A DNA stretch of 64,000 nt, from assembly GCA_951406725.2 (NCBI GenBank), contig OX597820.1, positions 124,001 through 188,000 on the forward strand, written 5' to 3'. The notes beneath the pieces were generated by a model. The model was given only the letters and a program-made list of their open reading frames with translations, made no database searches and had not been told where the DNA came from. This document shows positions 46,469 to 59,206 of the stretch, piece by piece; within the stretch, counting starts at the first letter, position 1; the number at the start of each line of letters is the position of its first letter. A program made the translations under genes and the position numbers. The DNA is from Octopus vulgaris. Lineage: Eukaryota.

Positions 46469-46739
46469 TAAAAATACTTTTTAATCTTCGGATTTTTTAA
46501 AAATACGCTAAGCCAATGGTTTTAATTGATTAATATCAATTTCTACCCTTAGTTAACTTTCCCTCTCATTCTCAACATCGAATCTCCTCATTCTACATCG
46601 AGTGAAAAACGGGATGGACGCTTCGATTTTGTTTTGGTGCCTCGCTCTGTTGTACACGACTATGAGGATTTGCATCCCCAATGTAATTCGTCTTTTTCCC
46701 AAACTAATGTAATACATGTCCTTGGAGTAGTAATTGTAC

Positions 46740-46806
46740 GCGGCTGAAGAAGGCTATTGACATACAAATTAAACCGTCTAATAAAAGCCAGAAACATATG
46801 TACCGC
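46740..46806 (+). ncRNA. Minimal type I hammerhead ribozyme
   Basis: gcgg-CTGAAGA-aggct...agcca-GAAA-catatg-TA-ccgc; palindromic stem III, one mismatch at the base of stem II. Confidence 0.65.
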
Positions 46807-47064
46807 TAAATCCTTCGCACCATATTTTATTTTGATAAATATATATATATATATATATGTAGACAAATGAATTATCTTATTACGGATAATTCGAAAGATA
46901 ACCGATACCTGGGTAGCAAACTCTCAACAGAAAAAGCACGGTTGAAGTTACGACCATAGGGCATAAACTCCGTGCCTTAGTGCGGAAATTTGAAGTTTAA
47001 TTTAATATATTAAGTATAGGAAAGAATGGAGCTGAACGAAGATTTAACAAAGTTCCTTTATTTT

Positions 47065-47142
47065 ATTTTCGACATATGTTTCGAAGTCTGCAAAATCCGA
47101 ATGAATAAGGAGTCCATTATGCAGCTTTCTCTTCAGGAAAAT
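47065..47142 (-). ncRNA. Minimal type I hammerhead ribozyme in the Penelope 3' region
   Basis: attttc-CTGAAGA-gaaagctgca...tgcagacttc-GAAA-catatg-TC-gaaaat; same strand as, and ~600 bp downstream of, the Penelope ORF. Confidence 0.8.
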
Positions 47143-47421
47143 CCAAGAACTTAATTCTCCAACAAAATGCACAAGTTTTTCGATGACTGCTCACGAGGAA
47201 CCCATAGAGATAATGATAAATAGTGTCTATTTATAGGGGGTGACGCCAGATTGGTTGAGAGTAGGAGAAAATGTCAGTTAAAATATTTCAAGGGTTCAAT
47301 CAAGGTTGGAGAAGGAAGGTAAAGGAAAATTAAAGTGAGGGAATGTATTCTGTATGACTGGTGTTTATATTTGATTTATTTTATGAATGAGTGCTCGTAT
47401 GTATGAGTATGTAACATTGCC

Positions 47422-47488
<67 letters not shown>

Positions 47489-47737
47489 GAATGTGTGTGT
47501 AGAAGGCAGAGAGAAAGAATTAACGGTCAGGAGGTGAAAAGACTGTGTCTGTGTCTTCGAATGAGTCAACTTAAGAGGGAGAGGGTAGAAAGAGCCCACA
47601 ATAGCAATGACAAGAGACAAGGCTACTGCTGGAATTGGTAGTAGTTCTTAGCAATTATGAGAAAGTCTTATAAACTAAAGGGATGAGATATCACAAATTA
47701 ATTTTGTAGGAAGTCCAGGGGTTATCTATATTGGACT

Positions 47738-50272
47738 TCATTGGTATGAGTGAAAGGTATGCTTTTTCCAGTGAAGGCATCTGAAAGATCTCTTGACAAT
47801 CGAGTTTATTACTTGGCCTCGGGCAAACAGAATATGAAAGAGTTCGGAATTACAGAGGGCACAGATATTTCTGCCCTTATCAAACGGTAAGGACACCGAT
47901 AATATTGACCATTCCAGCTTAAAAGTTGAATTTGCGTTCTTCAAACGCCAGACTAATTTGCTTGGCCCCGTGGCGTGCTGTTTACTCTTATCACGGAACG
48001 TGGAAAAGTTATTTGATATCCTTGTGGCTAATTTAGAGGAGGTTGCGCCAATATAGAGGTAGACATCGGATCCAGCAGAAATTTTGCACTGGTAAGTGGT
48101 GTTTCTAATTTTGGAGTTATTTGATAGGAACTTTAATCTATTGGGATTAGTTTCCGATACTAATACAGCGTTCTTATTTCTATGATGGTTGTGAAAATTA
48201 CTGCTGGACTCGATACTATTCAACCTATTTTCATTACTATTTAAGGCAATATCACCTGCATATTCCCTGTTTCTGGGAATGCTGTGATTGTTATTGTCCG
48301 TAAAACTACTGTTGTTAAAAGCGCTGCTACTATTATTGTTGAGACCCCCTCCGTTAATGGCCAGGCCAGTGCTCTTATCCTTATTACTATTACTAACGCC
48401 AATACTGGTATGAAGGCTGCTAATATCTGTGCTATTTCTATTATTATTATTATTACTATATGTTATGTTGGAATTTGACAGGACGGTGTCTCTGCTCATG
48501 GGTGACGAGACCTTATTTAGCAGCTTATTGTTATGGGAGGCAATTATCTCTGAGAGATTTTTAGTATTTGAGAAAGCAATCCTTACTTTGTGCGAATTTA
48601 TAGTGGAGAAATATCTCGAATTTCTGGGAAAGTTCCTGGCAATGGCTTGGCGAAACTGTAAAGGGAGGTTAGATCCGATTTGCTTTCCAAAGGGAATCAC
48701 AAACCAGATATAGTTTTTTCTGCTCTTGTACTGGCTCGGAGTGTTAACTCTTAAATTAAGGGGAGCATCTCTGTGTTGAAGAATGGGTTTTGGCCTACGA
48801 TGGTCTCCCTTGGATCGCAACTTATTTATGTTAGCTATATTTGCGTCGACATTTCTAGAACTACCATCACTACTTATATTATTTATATTATTGTAAGTTG
48901 ACTTATCCTGATGAGAAAATACTGGTTTCGGAAGGGCCGGGTCTATATATGCTACCTTTTCCCTATAACCGGCTTTTGACAGGGCGGCATTATACAATTC
49001 CGCTTTATGCTTAAAAATGTCGACGTTGACAGATAAATTTGATAATCTTAAAGAAATATTTTTAACTAAATTATCTGTGATAGTTTTTGCGTGGTTAGAG
49101 AAAACACTGACATATTTTAGGTTTGTGGAAGGTTTATGGTAGGGGCAGTAAGAATTGCTATGCAGATTTAGTGTAACATCTAAGAAATTGGCCTTAGTTA
49201 GTTCGTTGTCGAAAACTATGTTCATGCCCATCCTACTAAAGAACCTAGCTAATCTATTTTTAGTTTTCTGTATCATTCTGTTCGGGGCATTCTGTAGGTA
49301 AAACAGACAATCGTCACGATATAGACCGCCGCAGATGTCCGGGAATTGGTCGGATAATTCATAGAGAATATAGATTCCGACCAAATCGGCTACCTGGGCG
49401 CTATCTGAGCTTCCCATTGGCACATCAAACTCGTTGGGAGTATCCTTACGGACCCATAACTTATCTTCAAACTGTATAAAGGATTTTCTAGCCACTAGAA
49501 TTATATTAATTTCCTCCCTTGTGAGGCCTGCCTTATTATGCGCATGCCATAGGGCCTTATTGAGTACACTAGGGTTTATCGAGGGATAGAAATTAGCAAT
49601 ATCGAACTGAATGAACTTAGTTCTGTTTTTATTAGAAATGGAAGAAAACCAATTTACGACTTGCGAGGAGCTCGCCCAAAGGTTAAGCTTAAGCTTATTA
49701 ATTAATCTAGGTATGTATTTGTCTAAAATGTACTTACTGATGGAACCGATGTCGGAACTAGAAGGGCATATGAGCCTTAATGCTGGATTGGTGTGAAAAT
49801 TTGGTTTGTGGTCCTTAACAATGAATCTAGGTTGCCTTGGGTTAAGCGGTTGTGTTTTCATTTGAAGCTCATAATTTACCATAATTTCCTTAATCTCCAA
49901 ATTGACTCTTCTAAGTGTATTCTTATTTGTAGTTCTGTAATTCTTCTGGATTTCTTTCTTGAGTAGTTCTAAATACTGGTTTATAGGTAGCTTGTAAGTA
50001 TTCCTTGTTTTATCAGATTGGACCAGGCTTCCGTCTGAGCTGTTAATATCCTTAGTGATTTTCCTGAGGTATCTAAGGTATTCATTCCTAAGGGGCGACT
50101 TCCGGAATATAATGCTCCTTACAATGTCCCATAAGTCGTCCTCAAATTTCTTCAGTCTGGGATTACGTGGGGGTGTCTCCCTCGACTTGAAGAGCTTCTT
50201 ATATTCGGATGATGTTACGGTCCCGTTCTGTTTTAAATCCTCGTTATCATGGAAGAAAGCGAGCCATCTCAT
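47738..50272 (-). CDS. Penelope-like reverse transcriptase / GIY-YIG endonuclease (844 aa, open)
   Basis: QFDIANFYPSI, VPMGS, LYRDD, FLDVTL, then YQCKI...LYIGATS...RISNN...CALC...C..H. Confidence 0.9.
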   Translation of the reverse strand: MRWLAFFHDNEDLKQNGTVTSSEYKKLFKSRETPPRNPRLKKFEDDLWDIVRSIIFRKSPLRNEYLRYLRKITKDINSSDGSLVQSDKTRNTYKLPINQYLELLKKEIQKNYRTTNKNTLRRVNLEIKEIMVNYELQMKTQPLNPRQPRFIVKDHKPNFHTNPALRLICPSSSDIGSISKYILDKYIPRLINKLKLNLWASSSQVVNWFSSISNKNRTKFIQFDIANFYPSINPSVLNKALWHAHNKAGLTREEINIILVARKSFIQFEDKLWVRKDTPNEFDVPMGSSDSAQVADLVGIYILYELSDQFPDICGGLYRDDCLFYLQNAPNRMIQKTKNRLARFFSRMGMNIVFDNELTKANFLDVTLNLHSNSYCPYHKPSTNLKYVSVFSNHAKTITDNLVKNISLRLSNLSVNVDIFKHKAELYNAALSKAGYREKVAYIDPALPKPVFSHQDKSTYNNINNISSDGSSRNVDANIANINKLRSKGDHRRPKPILQHRDAPLNLRVNTPSQYKSRKNYIWFVIPFGKQIGSNLPLQFRQAIARNFPRNSRYFSTINSHKVRIAFSNTKNLSEIIASHNNKLLNKVSSPMSRDTVLSNSNITYSNNNNNRNSTDISSLHTSIGVSNSNKDKSTGLAINGGGLNNNSSSAFNNSSFTDNNNHSIPRNREYAGDIALNSNENRLNSIESSSNFHNHHRNKNAVLVSETNPNRLKFLSNNSKIRNTTYQCKISAGSDVYLYIGATSSKLATRISNNFSTFRDKSKQHATGPSKLVWRLKNANSTFKLEWSILSVSLPFDKGRNICALCNSELFHILFARGQVINSIVKRSFRCLHWKKHTFHSYQ

Positions 50273-50734
50273 TCGGTTGATGAATGCATTTGTTTTGCAG
50301 ACAATTTCCTTAAGGAAGGTTTCCTTTGGTGGTTTAGGTATGTCCTTAAGGGACGCGTTAATCTCGGACGCACGGAGTTTATGCCCTATGGTCGTAATTT
50401 CAACCGTGATTTTTCTGTTGTGAGTTTGCTACCCAGGTATCGGTTATCTTTCGAATTATCCGTAATAAGATAATTCATTTGTCTACTTAAATACTCATAT
50501 ACAGCTTCGCTAAGAACTTGCTACCTTAACCGATACCGCAAACGTTGGGGATGCAAATCCTCATAGTCGTGTACAACAGAGCGAGGCACCAAAACAAAAT
50601 CGAAGCGTCCATCCCGTTTTTCACTCGATGTAGAATGAGGAGATACGATGTTGAGAATGAGAGGGAAAGTTAACTAAGGGTAGAAATTGATATTAATCAA
50701 TTAAAACCATTGGCTTAGCGTATTTTTAAAAAAT

Positions 50735-50789
<55 letters not shown>

Positions 50790-50915
50790 CATATATATAT
50801 GTACATATACATATATATATACACACATATATATACATATATACATACATACATATATATATATATACATACTTATATACATACATATATACATACATAT
50901 ATACATACATACATA

Positions 50916-51273
50916 GTGTTATGGAGGTCAGTGCGGAAACTGAGTGCTACGACCTACTTTTTGTGAGCTGGCGTCAAGCAGGCGAGTAAATCCTTTGTTC
51001 CGTCAGATTCTGGAAGGATTGATGAGTTTTGAGGAGACCTTTGGCCTTGTTCCGGTCAAGGAAAGTTCGAGGAGGTACCCTATAAAAAAAGCAGGAGCTG
51101 TGAGTCTGTGGGACAGTCGGCCGGCAGTTCTGGCCAGAGACGGGAGCGATACGGACGGTCAGCCAAGAAGGTGGCGATGATACGAAGGCGGTTAGTTGAG
51201 AAAGACAGACAGACAATCTGAGGGATGACAAACGAGAGAATGACAGTGAATGTGAAAGAGGAAGACAGGCAGA
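50916..51273 (+). mobile_element. Partial LTR, inverted relative to 43539-44549
   Basis: Reverse complement of ~44190-44549, including the terminal TGTTA. Confidence 0.85.
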
Positions 51274-51274
51274 T

Positions 51275-52215
51275 ATTAGCAACTATGATATCGGCCTATG
51301 CCCCCCAGCCAGGGCTACCCGATGGACAGAAAGACAGTTTCTATGACACCCTACTGCAGACCACCTCATTGACGAATGACAGAGACCTTCTCTTTGTGGC
51401 TGGTGACTTCAATGGGCATGTTGGACGACATGCTAGGGGCTTCCATGGCGTACATGGAGGCTACGGTTATGGTTCCCGCAACGAGGAGGGAACCAGGCTG
51501 CTGGAGTTCTGCGATGCGAATAGTCTTATGGTTTGCAACACTAACTTCAGGAAACCGACAAGCCACCTGGTCACCTACCGATCGGGCCGGCATACTAGCC
51601 AAATCGACTACATCCTTGCCAGAAAAAGGGAAAGATGGCCGCTTATAAATGCCAAAACCTTCCCAGGTGAAGAATGCACCCCACAACATAGACTGGTAGT
51701 TAGTGACTTTAGGATCAGGACTAAGAGGACGACTAGAAGACGACCAGCATGGAGAAGAAGGGTCTGGAAGCTTAAAGACCCTGCGAATGGACAGAGATTT
51801 AGAGACATGTTACTTGAAGCCTTTGACGAAATAGAAGGGGGTATAGCTACACATGGGGTAGAAGATAACTGGATGCTTCTAAGGGACAACCTGCTGAAAG
51901 CCACTGACCAGATCTGTGGCTGGTGCAAAGTCCCCTCAAGACCCAAAATAACGTGGTGGTGGAACAATATTGTTGACAGGGCTATTAGACAAAAGAAACA
52001 GGCTTGGAAGGACTGGAAGAACGGTGGTAGAAGGGAAGTGTATCAGACTGCAAGAAGGGAAGCTAGGAGGCAGGTGTATTTAGCCAGAGGGGAAGCAGAT
52101 AAGAAAAAATTTGCCAATGTCCTGCGCCGTGAGGATGAAAGACTTGAGGTATTTCGTATAGCAAGACAGTGTGTGAGTGAGAATCGTGACGTGGTAAGAG
52201 AAAAATGTATTCGCA
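51275..52215 (+). mobile_element. RTE-clade LINE fragment (APE endonuclease and linker)
   Basis: ISAYAPQ, VAGDFNGHVG, SQIDYIL, QHRLVVSD and WWWN motifs in ORF 51225-52220. Confidence 0.85.
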
Positions 52216-53268
52216 TTTAGAACCGAAAGTTCATTTCCTTGAACTTTCGGTTCTAATCCAGAAACGATTCATCTATAATTAATCCAATAGGCTGGGATTT
52301 CATTGTTTTCTTTCTCTTTACCATATACGGGTTACAAATTCTGTTTGTTTGTGGAGACTTTTTTATTAGTAGGAGAAATAGTGATCTATTTGGCTGCTAT
52401 TCCTAATATTTTCGGTATGTGGTTTTGAGCAACTTGTTGCAATTAACCCTTTATTATAATTAATATATATATACATATATATATATGTATATATATATAT
52501 ACATATATATATATGTAAAAAGTAAAAAATATATACAAACCGGGACAAGAACGTGAAACACCTAGGAGACAACACAAGAACCACAGGACGGGACATTCGA
52601 AGCCCTCAGTCATCAGTCAAGAACCAGATCATTCGCAATTTCGGCTGATTAATCTTGAGATTGCTCCGACCTGGGCAGCCCCCAAGGGGAATCTAAGCCA
52701 AGCGCATTAGATCCCTTGGAAGAAAGCTTCGAATGTATACAACACAAGGACGGAAAAAGAACGATGTTACACGAATAAAAATACAGAAATACGTGAAAAC
52801 AATAAGGAAGGCACGAATAAGAATACAAAAACGTAAAAACAATAACGGTAAGGATAAAAAACAGGACGTAGGACAAGGGTCTTTCGACAGGAGTTGAGTT
52901 GGGGCTGGCTTATGGAGTTGTGCCTATATGGCCGTGGGAGACAAACAAAAACGTGTTGCTGCGACGACTGCTGGAACGAAAAGGGCGCCCAGCGATGGCC
53001 AGCGGTCACGTGAGGACAAAAGACAGGAGAAAGGGACAGAAGAGGAGAGAGAGAAGGTGGACAGGGGAGGAGAAGAAAGAGACAGATCGAGGGGAGTGGA
53101 GGTAAGAGATGTAGAGAGCGTAGGAGAGGGTGGGGAACGGATGAAGAGAGAAAGAAAGAGACAGATCAAGAGTCGTACCAATGTTAGAGAAATTACACCA
53201 ACGTATAAGGATAGAGGAATGGATACAGAAGCCGCCATTATAAATATATATATATATATACATACACA

Positions 53269-53336
<68 letters not shown>

Positions 53337-54098
53337 ACAAACATAAGGGAGTGGTGCACGTACGCCGCAATAATATAGGAATAAAAATTTATATATAAAG
53401 AACGTAAAACACATGAAGGGACGAACACGGAAAACAGACAAGTCATTCGAAGCCTTCAATCTTCAGTCAGAAACCGAATCATCATGGCAAATTTCGGCTG
53501 ATTAATTCTGATATTTGCTCCAACTTGGCCAGCCCCAAGGAAAAAACTAAGCTGTGAGCATTAGATTTCTTGGTAGAAGGAACGAATGTAAACACAACAG
53601 AGAGGAATATAAATACAAGAAACGAAAACAAAATTGAAAACAGTAATGGTTAAAAACAGGATAACAACGGGTGTCTTACGACTTTAGACAAATGAGACAA
53701 AAACAACTTATCAGCAAGCGTGGAAACAATTACCTTTTCGACAGAGGGGACACATGTTGAGCGAGCCGCGATTGCCAACGGAATGCCTTGTGAAGCAGCA
53801 GGTTGCAAGAGGGTAACAGGGAGAGAAAGAGAGACAGAGAGAGCGGGAATTAAAGAGGGTGGAAGGCAGAGTATATATATATATATATACTTCCTGAGCC
53901 CCCTTATTTTTCCCCCGTAACTTTCTGGTGTTTCCGATTATGTTGAGAAAATAAATGCATTTGATGAGTTTCAAACCAATCCCAACTCCAGACATAATTG
54001 TTGATTAAGACATGGATAGGGATGGATTTTCAGAAAATTTCATTAAGAAATATTTATTTTAAAAAGCTTCATGAGGAACATACAACCACATTCATATT

Positions 54099-54180
<82 letters not shown>

Positions 54181-54810
54181 GGCTGTGTGGTTAGTAGCTT
54201 GCTTACAAACCACATGGCTCCATAAGACATCGGTTTCTCGATTTTTTTACACTCATCGATTGTTTTTTTCTGTTTTTTTTTCATGTAACCCCACATTGCC
54301 CATTGGATGAGAACCCTTCCAGCAAGGAATGTAAAATGCCCGAAAGCGCTCCTGATCCTCTGTGTGAGAAGCGGTTATGTTCAGATCACAATTAAGTTTA
54401 TATATATGGGCAAAACACACACACACACAAACATATACGTACATACACCTATTGTATACATGTTTTTGCACGCCTTTGCCCCTGCCACTGTCCCACCACC
54501 ACCTCCTACCCGAGTAATACCATCAAATGAAGCAAATTTGGCACCCGGAAGTAAGTTTTGTAACAGGAATAGAGAAGCCTACCTTCTCCCGCAGAGATGT
54601 GAAAGTCATACCTCTCCTGGTCAAACTAAAGAGTTTGACCCTGTCAAAAAACAAACAAAAAAATTGTGTAATAGGTGTAAAACAAATTCCTCTAAACGAA
54701 TATGGCCCAAAAAATGTGCGCTCGCGAAAGGGAGTTGGGGAGAGGCCTCGGAAAATTCACATTGTGAATGTTACGTGTCTGACCCGGGAAAAAAAAATAG
54801 TGTAATAGGT

Positions 54811-55840
54811 TTCAAGTCCAAGTTAATGGTTCGCGGTCCGACGTCTCCAGTGCGAGCAGTGGCGTGCCTCAAGGTTCAGTGCTTGGGCCCTTGTTGTTCT
54901 TAGTCTTCATAAATGACTTGCCCGACGACCTCACGCAACACACCCTTCTATTTGCCGACAATATCAAACTGGTCGCTCCTCGCGGTAATATAGAGGATCT
55001 TCGTCGATGCCTCCACCAAATTTGGAAGTGGTCTAACAATTGGGACCTGTGTCTGAACTTGTCAAAGTGCTGTCATCTGCCTGTCGGCTCTACTCCTGCA
55101 ACTCAACTTGATTTCGAGCCGGGTCGTCTGCTGCTGGAGAGGACCGATCAGGTAAAGGACCTGGGTATCTTGGTGGATTCCTCCTTTTCGCCTTCGGCCC
55201 AGTGCGTCCATGCTGCCAACAAAGCACGCGGAATTCTGTTCTTGATTCGACGGTCATTCGGAATGCTCACAGCAGCCATATTCCTACCACTCTATGTCAC
55301 GCTGGTGAGACCCATATTGGAGTATGGGATTCAAGCCTCTTCTCCTTATCTCCTCAAAGACATACAGCATCTCGAAAGAGTCCAGAAGCTGGCTACCCGC
55401 ATGGTTCATGGTCTCAAAAATTTGTCCTACGAAGAAAGGCTGAGGACGCTCGACCTTTATTCTCTTGAAAAACGCCGCCGCCGTGGTGATCTCATTCTCG
55501 CCCACAACATCATAAGCGGAAAGTGTAACCTCTCGAAAGAGCTGTTTTTCACTCCTGCTCCAGAGCGTCGGCTGCGGGGTCATTCCGAAAAGCTCTACCT
55601 GCGACGATTTCATCTCAATCGAAGGAGAGGAGCTTTCTCCGTCCGGGTTGCGGATCCGTGGAACAAGCTGCCAGACGAGATGGTGAAGATGCCGACGACC
55701 GCTTTGTTCAAAGCCTCCCTTGACCTCAAGTGGCCTGAACTCTTTACATGAACACCACCCTGTACTTAACTCCATGTCCCCCTACATGGCCTTGCTATTT
55801 GCTTTTGAGCCAAATTAACTAACTAACTAACTAACTAACT
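54811..55840 (+). mobile_element. 5'-truncated CR1-group LINE
   Basis: PQGSVLGPLLFLVFINDL, LFADNIKL, LYSLEKRRRRGDLI, (TAAC)n tail; absent from duplicate copy 2. Confidence 0.9.
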
Positions 55841-56486
55841 AACAACTTGTTCTAAACGATTATCAAGAACACACACACACACACACAAAAGAAAGGTTTG
55901 GTTCAAGGCATGACTGCATTGAACTGAATTTAAATAAGCAAGAAATATATTATCAAAGAAAAGGCCATAGGCCTCTCCTCCCACCCTCCTTTCGAGAGCG
56001 CACATTTTTTTGGTCATATTCGTTTAGAGGAAGTTGTTTTACACATATTACACTATTTTTTGTTTGTTTTTATGACCGGGTCAAACGCTTTAGGTTGACC
56101 CCTCTCCTTTCTCCTTTGTCCCCCATCATCGCTTGACAACCGATGTTTACGTCCCGTAAATTAGCGGTTCTACAAATGAAACCGATAAAATAAGTACTAG
56201 GCTTCCTGGGGTCGATTTGCTCGACTAACGACAGTGCTCCACCATGGTCACAGTCACATGACTGAAACAAATTAAAGAATAAAAGAATAAATGTAATTAT
56301 GAACACACACATATACACACACACACACATATTTTGCTGCTCTATGAGTTTATTTATTGAGTTATTCATCCTATATGCGTGTGTTTATGTTTGTGTGTGT
56401 AAATATATTTATATGTAGACTAGCTGAAGGTGACCCGCTCTACGCGCGGGTAAGAGTGTGGTTGTTACTTTCTGTTGCTTCCTTTC

Positions 56487-56800
56487 AGCACGTAAAAAGC
56501 ACCATCCGAACGTGGCGGATTGCAGCGCCGCCTTGACTGGCTTCTGTGCTGGTGGCATGTAAAAAGCACCAACCGATCGTGGCCGCTGCCAGCCCCCTGG
56601 CACCTGTGCCGGCGGCACGAAAAAGGCACCCACTACGCTCACAGAGTGGTTGGCGTTAGGAAGGGCATCCACCTGTCGAAACACTGCCAGATCAGACTGG
56701 ATCCTGGTGCAGCCTCCTGGCTTCCCAGACCCCTGTCAAACTGTCCAACCCGTGCTAGCACGGAAAACGGACGTTAAACGATGATGATGATGATGATGAT
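56487..56800 (+). mobile_element. SINE / RTE-type 3' end nested in the Helitron
   Basis: Ends ...cggacgttaaacgatgatgatg; related copy at ~62798-63015. Confidence 0.55.
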
Positions 56801-57484
56801 TCTCCCTCTTTGTTTCTCCTTTCTCTCTCACTTTCCCACTCTCTTACTCTTCCTTTCTCTCGGACTCTCCCTTGCTTTCTCTTACTCTCTATCTTTATCT
56901 ATCTCTCTCCCATTTATAAACAACAAAAGATCTTAAGTAAGTTGAGAAATAAAATAATTAGAAAGATCAATCATAAATATCAGGCAGTAACAACGGAAAG
57001 GTCTGCTTCAAGGCAGACAGCAAAACACTAACATTTAAAAGGGACAGACGAACTTGCGAGCTGAATAAAAATAATAAAATATTGGAAACCAAAGTTTGAA
57101 GGGATAGAATTTGAGGATAGTAGAGTCACCATGGCTGGCATTTCTTAACGACGGACAGCAACGTATTGACAGTTCAACGGCTGGCGTAAAATTTTGAACT
57201 TGATGTAAAAGAAAATCCCTAAAACCCAAGTTTTGAATTGATTCTTTCTCACGACAGTAGACTCACGATGGCAAGCATTCAAAACTTCTTCATCATGGAC
57301 GGCAACACATTGACGATTAAAAGGCTGGTGCAAATTTTTTAGCTTGATGTAACAGAGAATTGCTAAACATCTGCTCCTTTAAATTTTAATCCCCTTCCAG
57401 CCCCATTTAGACCCCTTTTCACATTTTGGTTAATATAACCCGATTTCATTTGGGTCTACTGGGGCCACATTTTATAAGATGAGG

Positions 57485-57682
57485 ACTCAACCAAGTTTCC
57501 CAAGTTCTGGTCATAGACCATAGAACACTCAACCAAGTTTCCCGAGTTCTGGTCATAGACCATAGAACAGTCAAGCAAGTTTCCCGAGTTCTGGTCATAG
57601 ACCATAGAACACTCAACCAAGTTTCCCGAGTTCTGGTCATAGACTATAGAACACTCAACCAAGTTTCCCGAGTTCTGGTCAT
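57485..57682. repeat. 42-bp minisatellite, ~4.7 copies
   Basis: actcaaccaagtttcccgagttctggtcatagaccatagaac repeated head to tail. Confidence 0.9.
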
Positions 57683-59051
57683 TTGCAGAATAAATAGAGA
57701 CGGCGGAGGTGGCAGACGTCGTTGCAATGTAAACATGATTTGTTTTAAGAGAAAGATTGTCCAGATTGTGTGTTGGTGATGGTGGTGGTGGTGATGATAA
57801 TTATCTTTATGAATGGAGATAAAGAGAAATTGAAGGGGAGTTAGAGGTAGAAAGAAAAGGTGTAAATTTTGGAGTGAATCCGACGGGATGTAGTGGGATT
57901 TAACCCCGGCAAAAAAAATAATATCTGTTGCGTTTCTGAAAGAGGTGAAGTAGGAATATTGAAACTTTTGCGGCTGTCATTGATAGACTCGTTGTAGAAT
58001 AAATAGAGACGGCGAAAAAAGAGAGAGCTCGAGAAAGAAAAGGTGATATATGAAAGAGAGGACGGGAAAATGAAATATTTTGCAATGTAAACATGATTTG
58101 TTTTAAGAGAAATATTGTCATGATTGTGTGTTAGTGGCGATGATAATTATCATTAGGAAAAAGAGTGAGTGAGTGAGGAAGACATATACATAAGTTGTGG
58201 CGATGATAATTCTAGACCCCTTTTCACATTTTGATGAAGAGAACCCGATTTCATTCGGGTCTACTGGGGCCACATATAGGTGTGTGTGTGTGTATGTGTG
58301 TGTGTGTGTGTGCACGCTGTAGAAATTAAATTAGAGATAAAACCACTAATAGGGAAATGAAACAGTAAAAAACCAAAAACAAAAACATAAAAATAAAAAA
58401 TATAATATTAGATATATGTATATATGTGTGTGTGTGTGTGTGTGTTGACAGGTAGACAATAGAATGCGATGGCGATGTAATATTTGTTTCTGTCTATGAA
58501 CGCAGATAGATACATGAGTAAAATGTATGGGAAGCTAAGAGATAAGAGTGAGTGAAAATGTTCTTGGAAGAGACGAAACAGCGAGAGAGTGATTTGAGGA
58601 AGACTTTACATTAAATAACTGGAGTGGACTTGTCATATGAAGAGGAGTGAGAGGGTACTGGAGGAAATAGCGTGAGTGAGGAAGATGGCCCCTAGCAACC
58701 ACACCTTTTAAGATAGGGATTTCTAAGATAGCCCACGAGCATCGTCAACCTCATTCTACATGTCCCTGTAAATTTTGGAGCGAATCGGACGGGATGTAGT
58801 GGCATTGAAAGCGATCCAAGCGGTAAAAACGCATTTCAGTTTTATATATAGAGATATGTATGTGTGTATACACGTGTGTGTATATATACAATAGAAATCA
58901 ACATTAACTACTCCCCACCCCAATCATTCCACCTGTTTAATTAATTTCATTCCTTCTCTTCTCTTTTTCTGTGAGTTTTTCTTTTAATTCTTCACCACCC
59001 GACTCCCCTTTCAGACACCATTTTTAATGTTTTTATTCTTTTCTTTTTCAG

Positions 59052-59206
59052 GTCAATGCACGGTCTAATAATGGTGAAACACCGCTGCACTTGGCCTGTT
59101 CGCAGGGACACTTTCACACAGTCGTCCTGTTGTTGGGTCACGATGGCATTGATGCCAATGTCATGAACATCAACGGTGACACACCGCTGCATGTGGCAGT
59201 TCGGTG
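59052..59206 (+). CDS. Ankyrin-repeat exon, copy 1 (VNARSNNGETPLHLACSQGHFHTVVLLLGHDGIDANVMNINGDTPLHVAVR)
   Basis: tttttcAG acceptor, GTAAGT donor, two GxTPLH ankyrin motifs, 155 bp, phase 0 to 2. Confidence 0.9.

Larger units (their letters stand above)
46980..50734 (-). mobile_element. Penelope-like retroelement
   Basis: Long RT + GIY-YIG ORF, 3' hammerhead, 5' region duplicated in inverted orientation at 46493-46975. Confidence 0.85.
56420..58854 (-). mobile_element. Non-autonomous Helitron (~2.4 kb)
   Basis: Minus-strand 5' TCtctatatataaaactgaa, 3' acccgc-gcgtaga-gcgggt hairpin then CTAG, A|T insertion; empty site visible at ~63512. Confidence 0.8.

Noticed and set aside
52585-53480. Minus-strand CTGATGA/CTGAAGA motifs in two related repeats
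   Set aside because: They are followed by GAAT rather than GAAA and lack consistent stems
58992-59192. 66-aa minus-strand ORF (duplicated at 63637-63837)
   Set aside because: It is the antisense shadow of the + strand ankyrin exon
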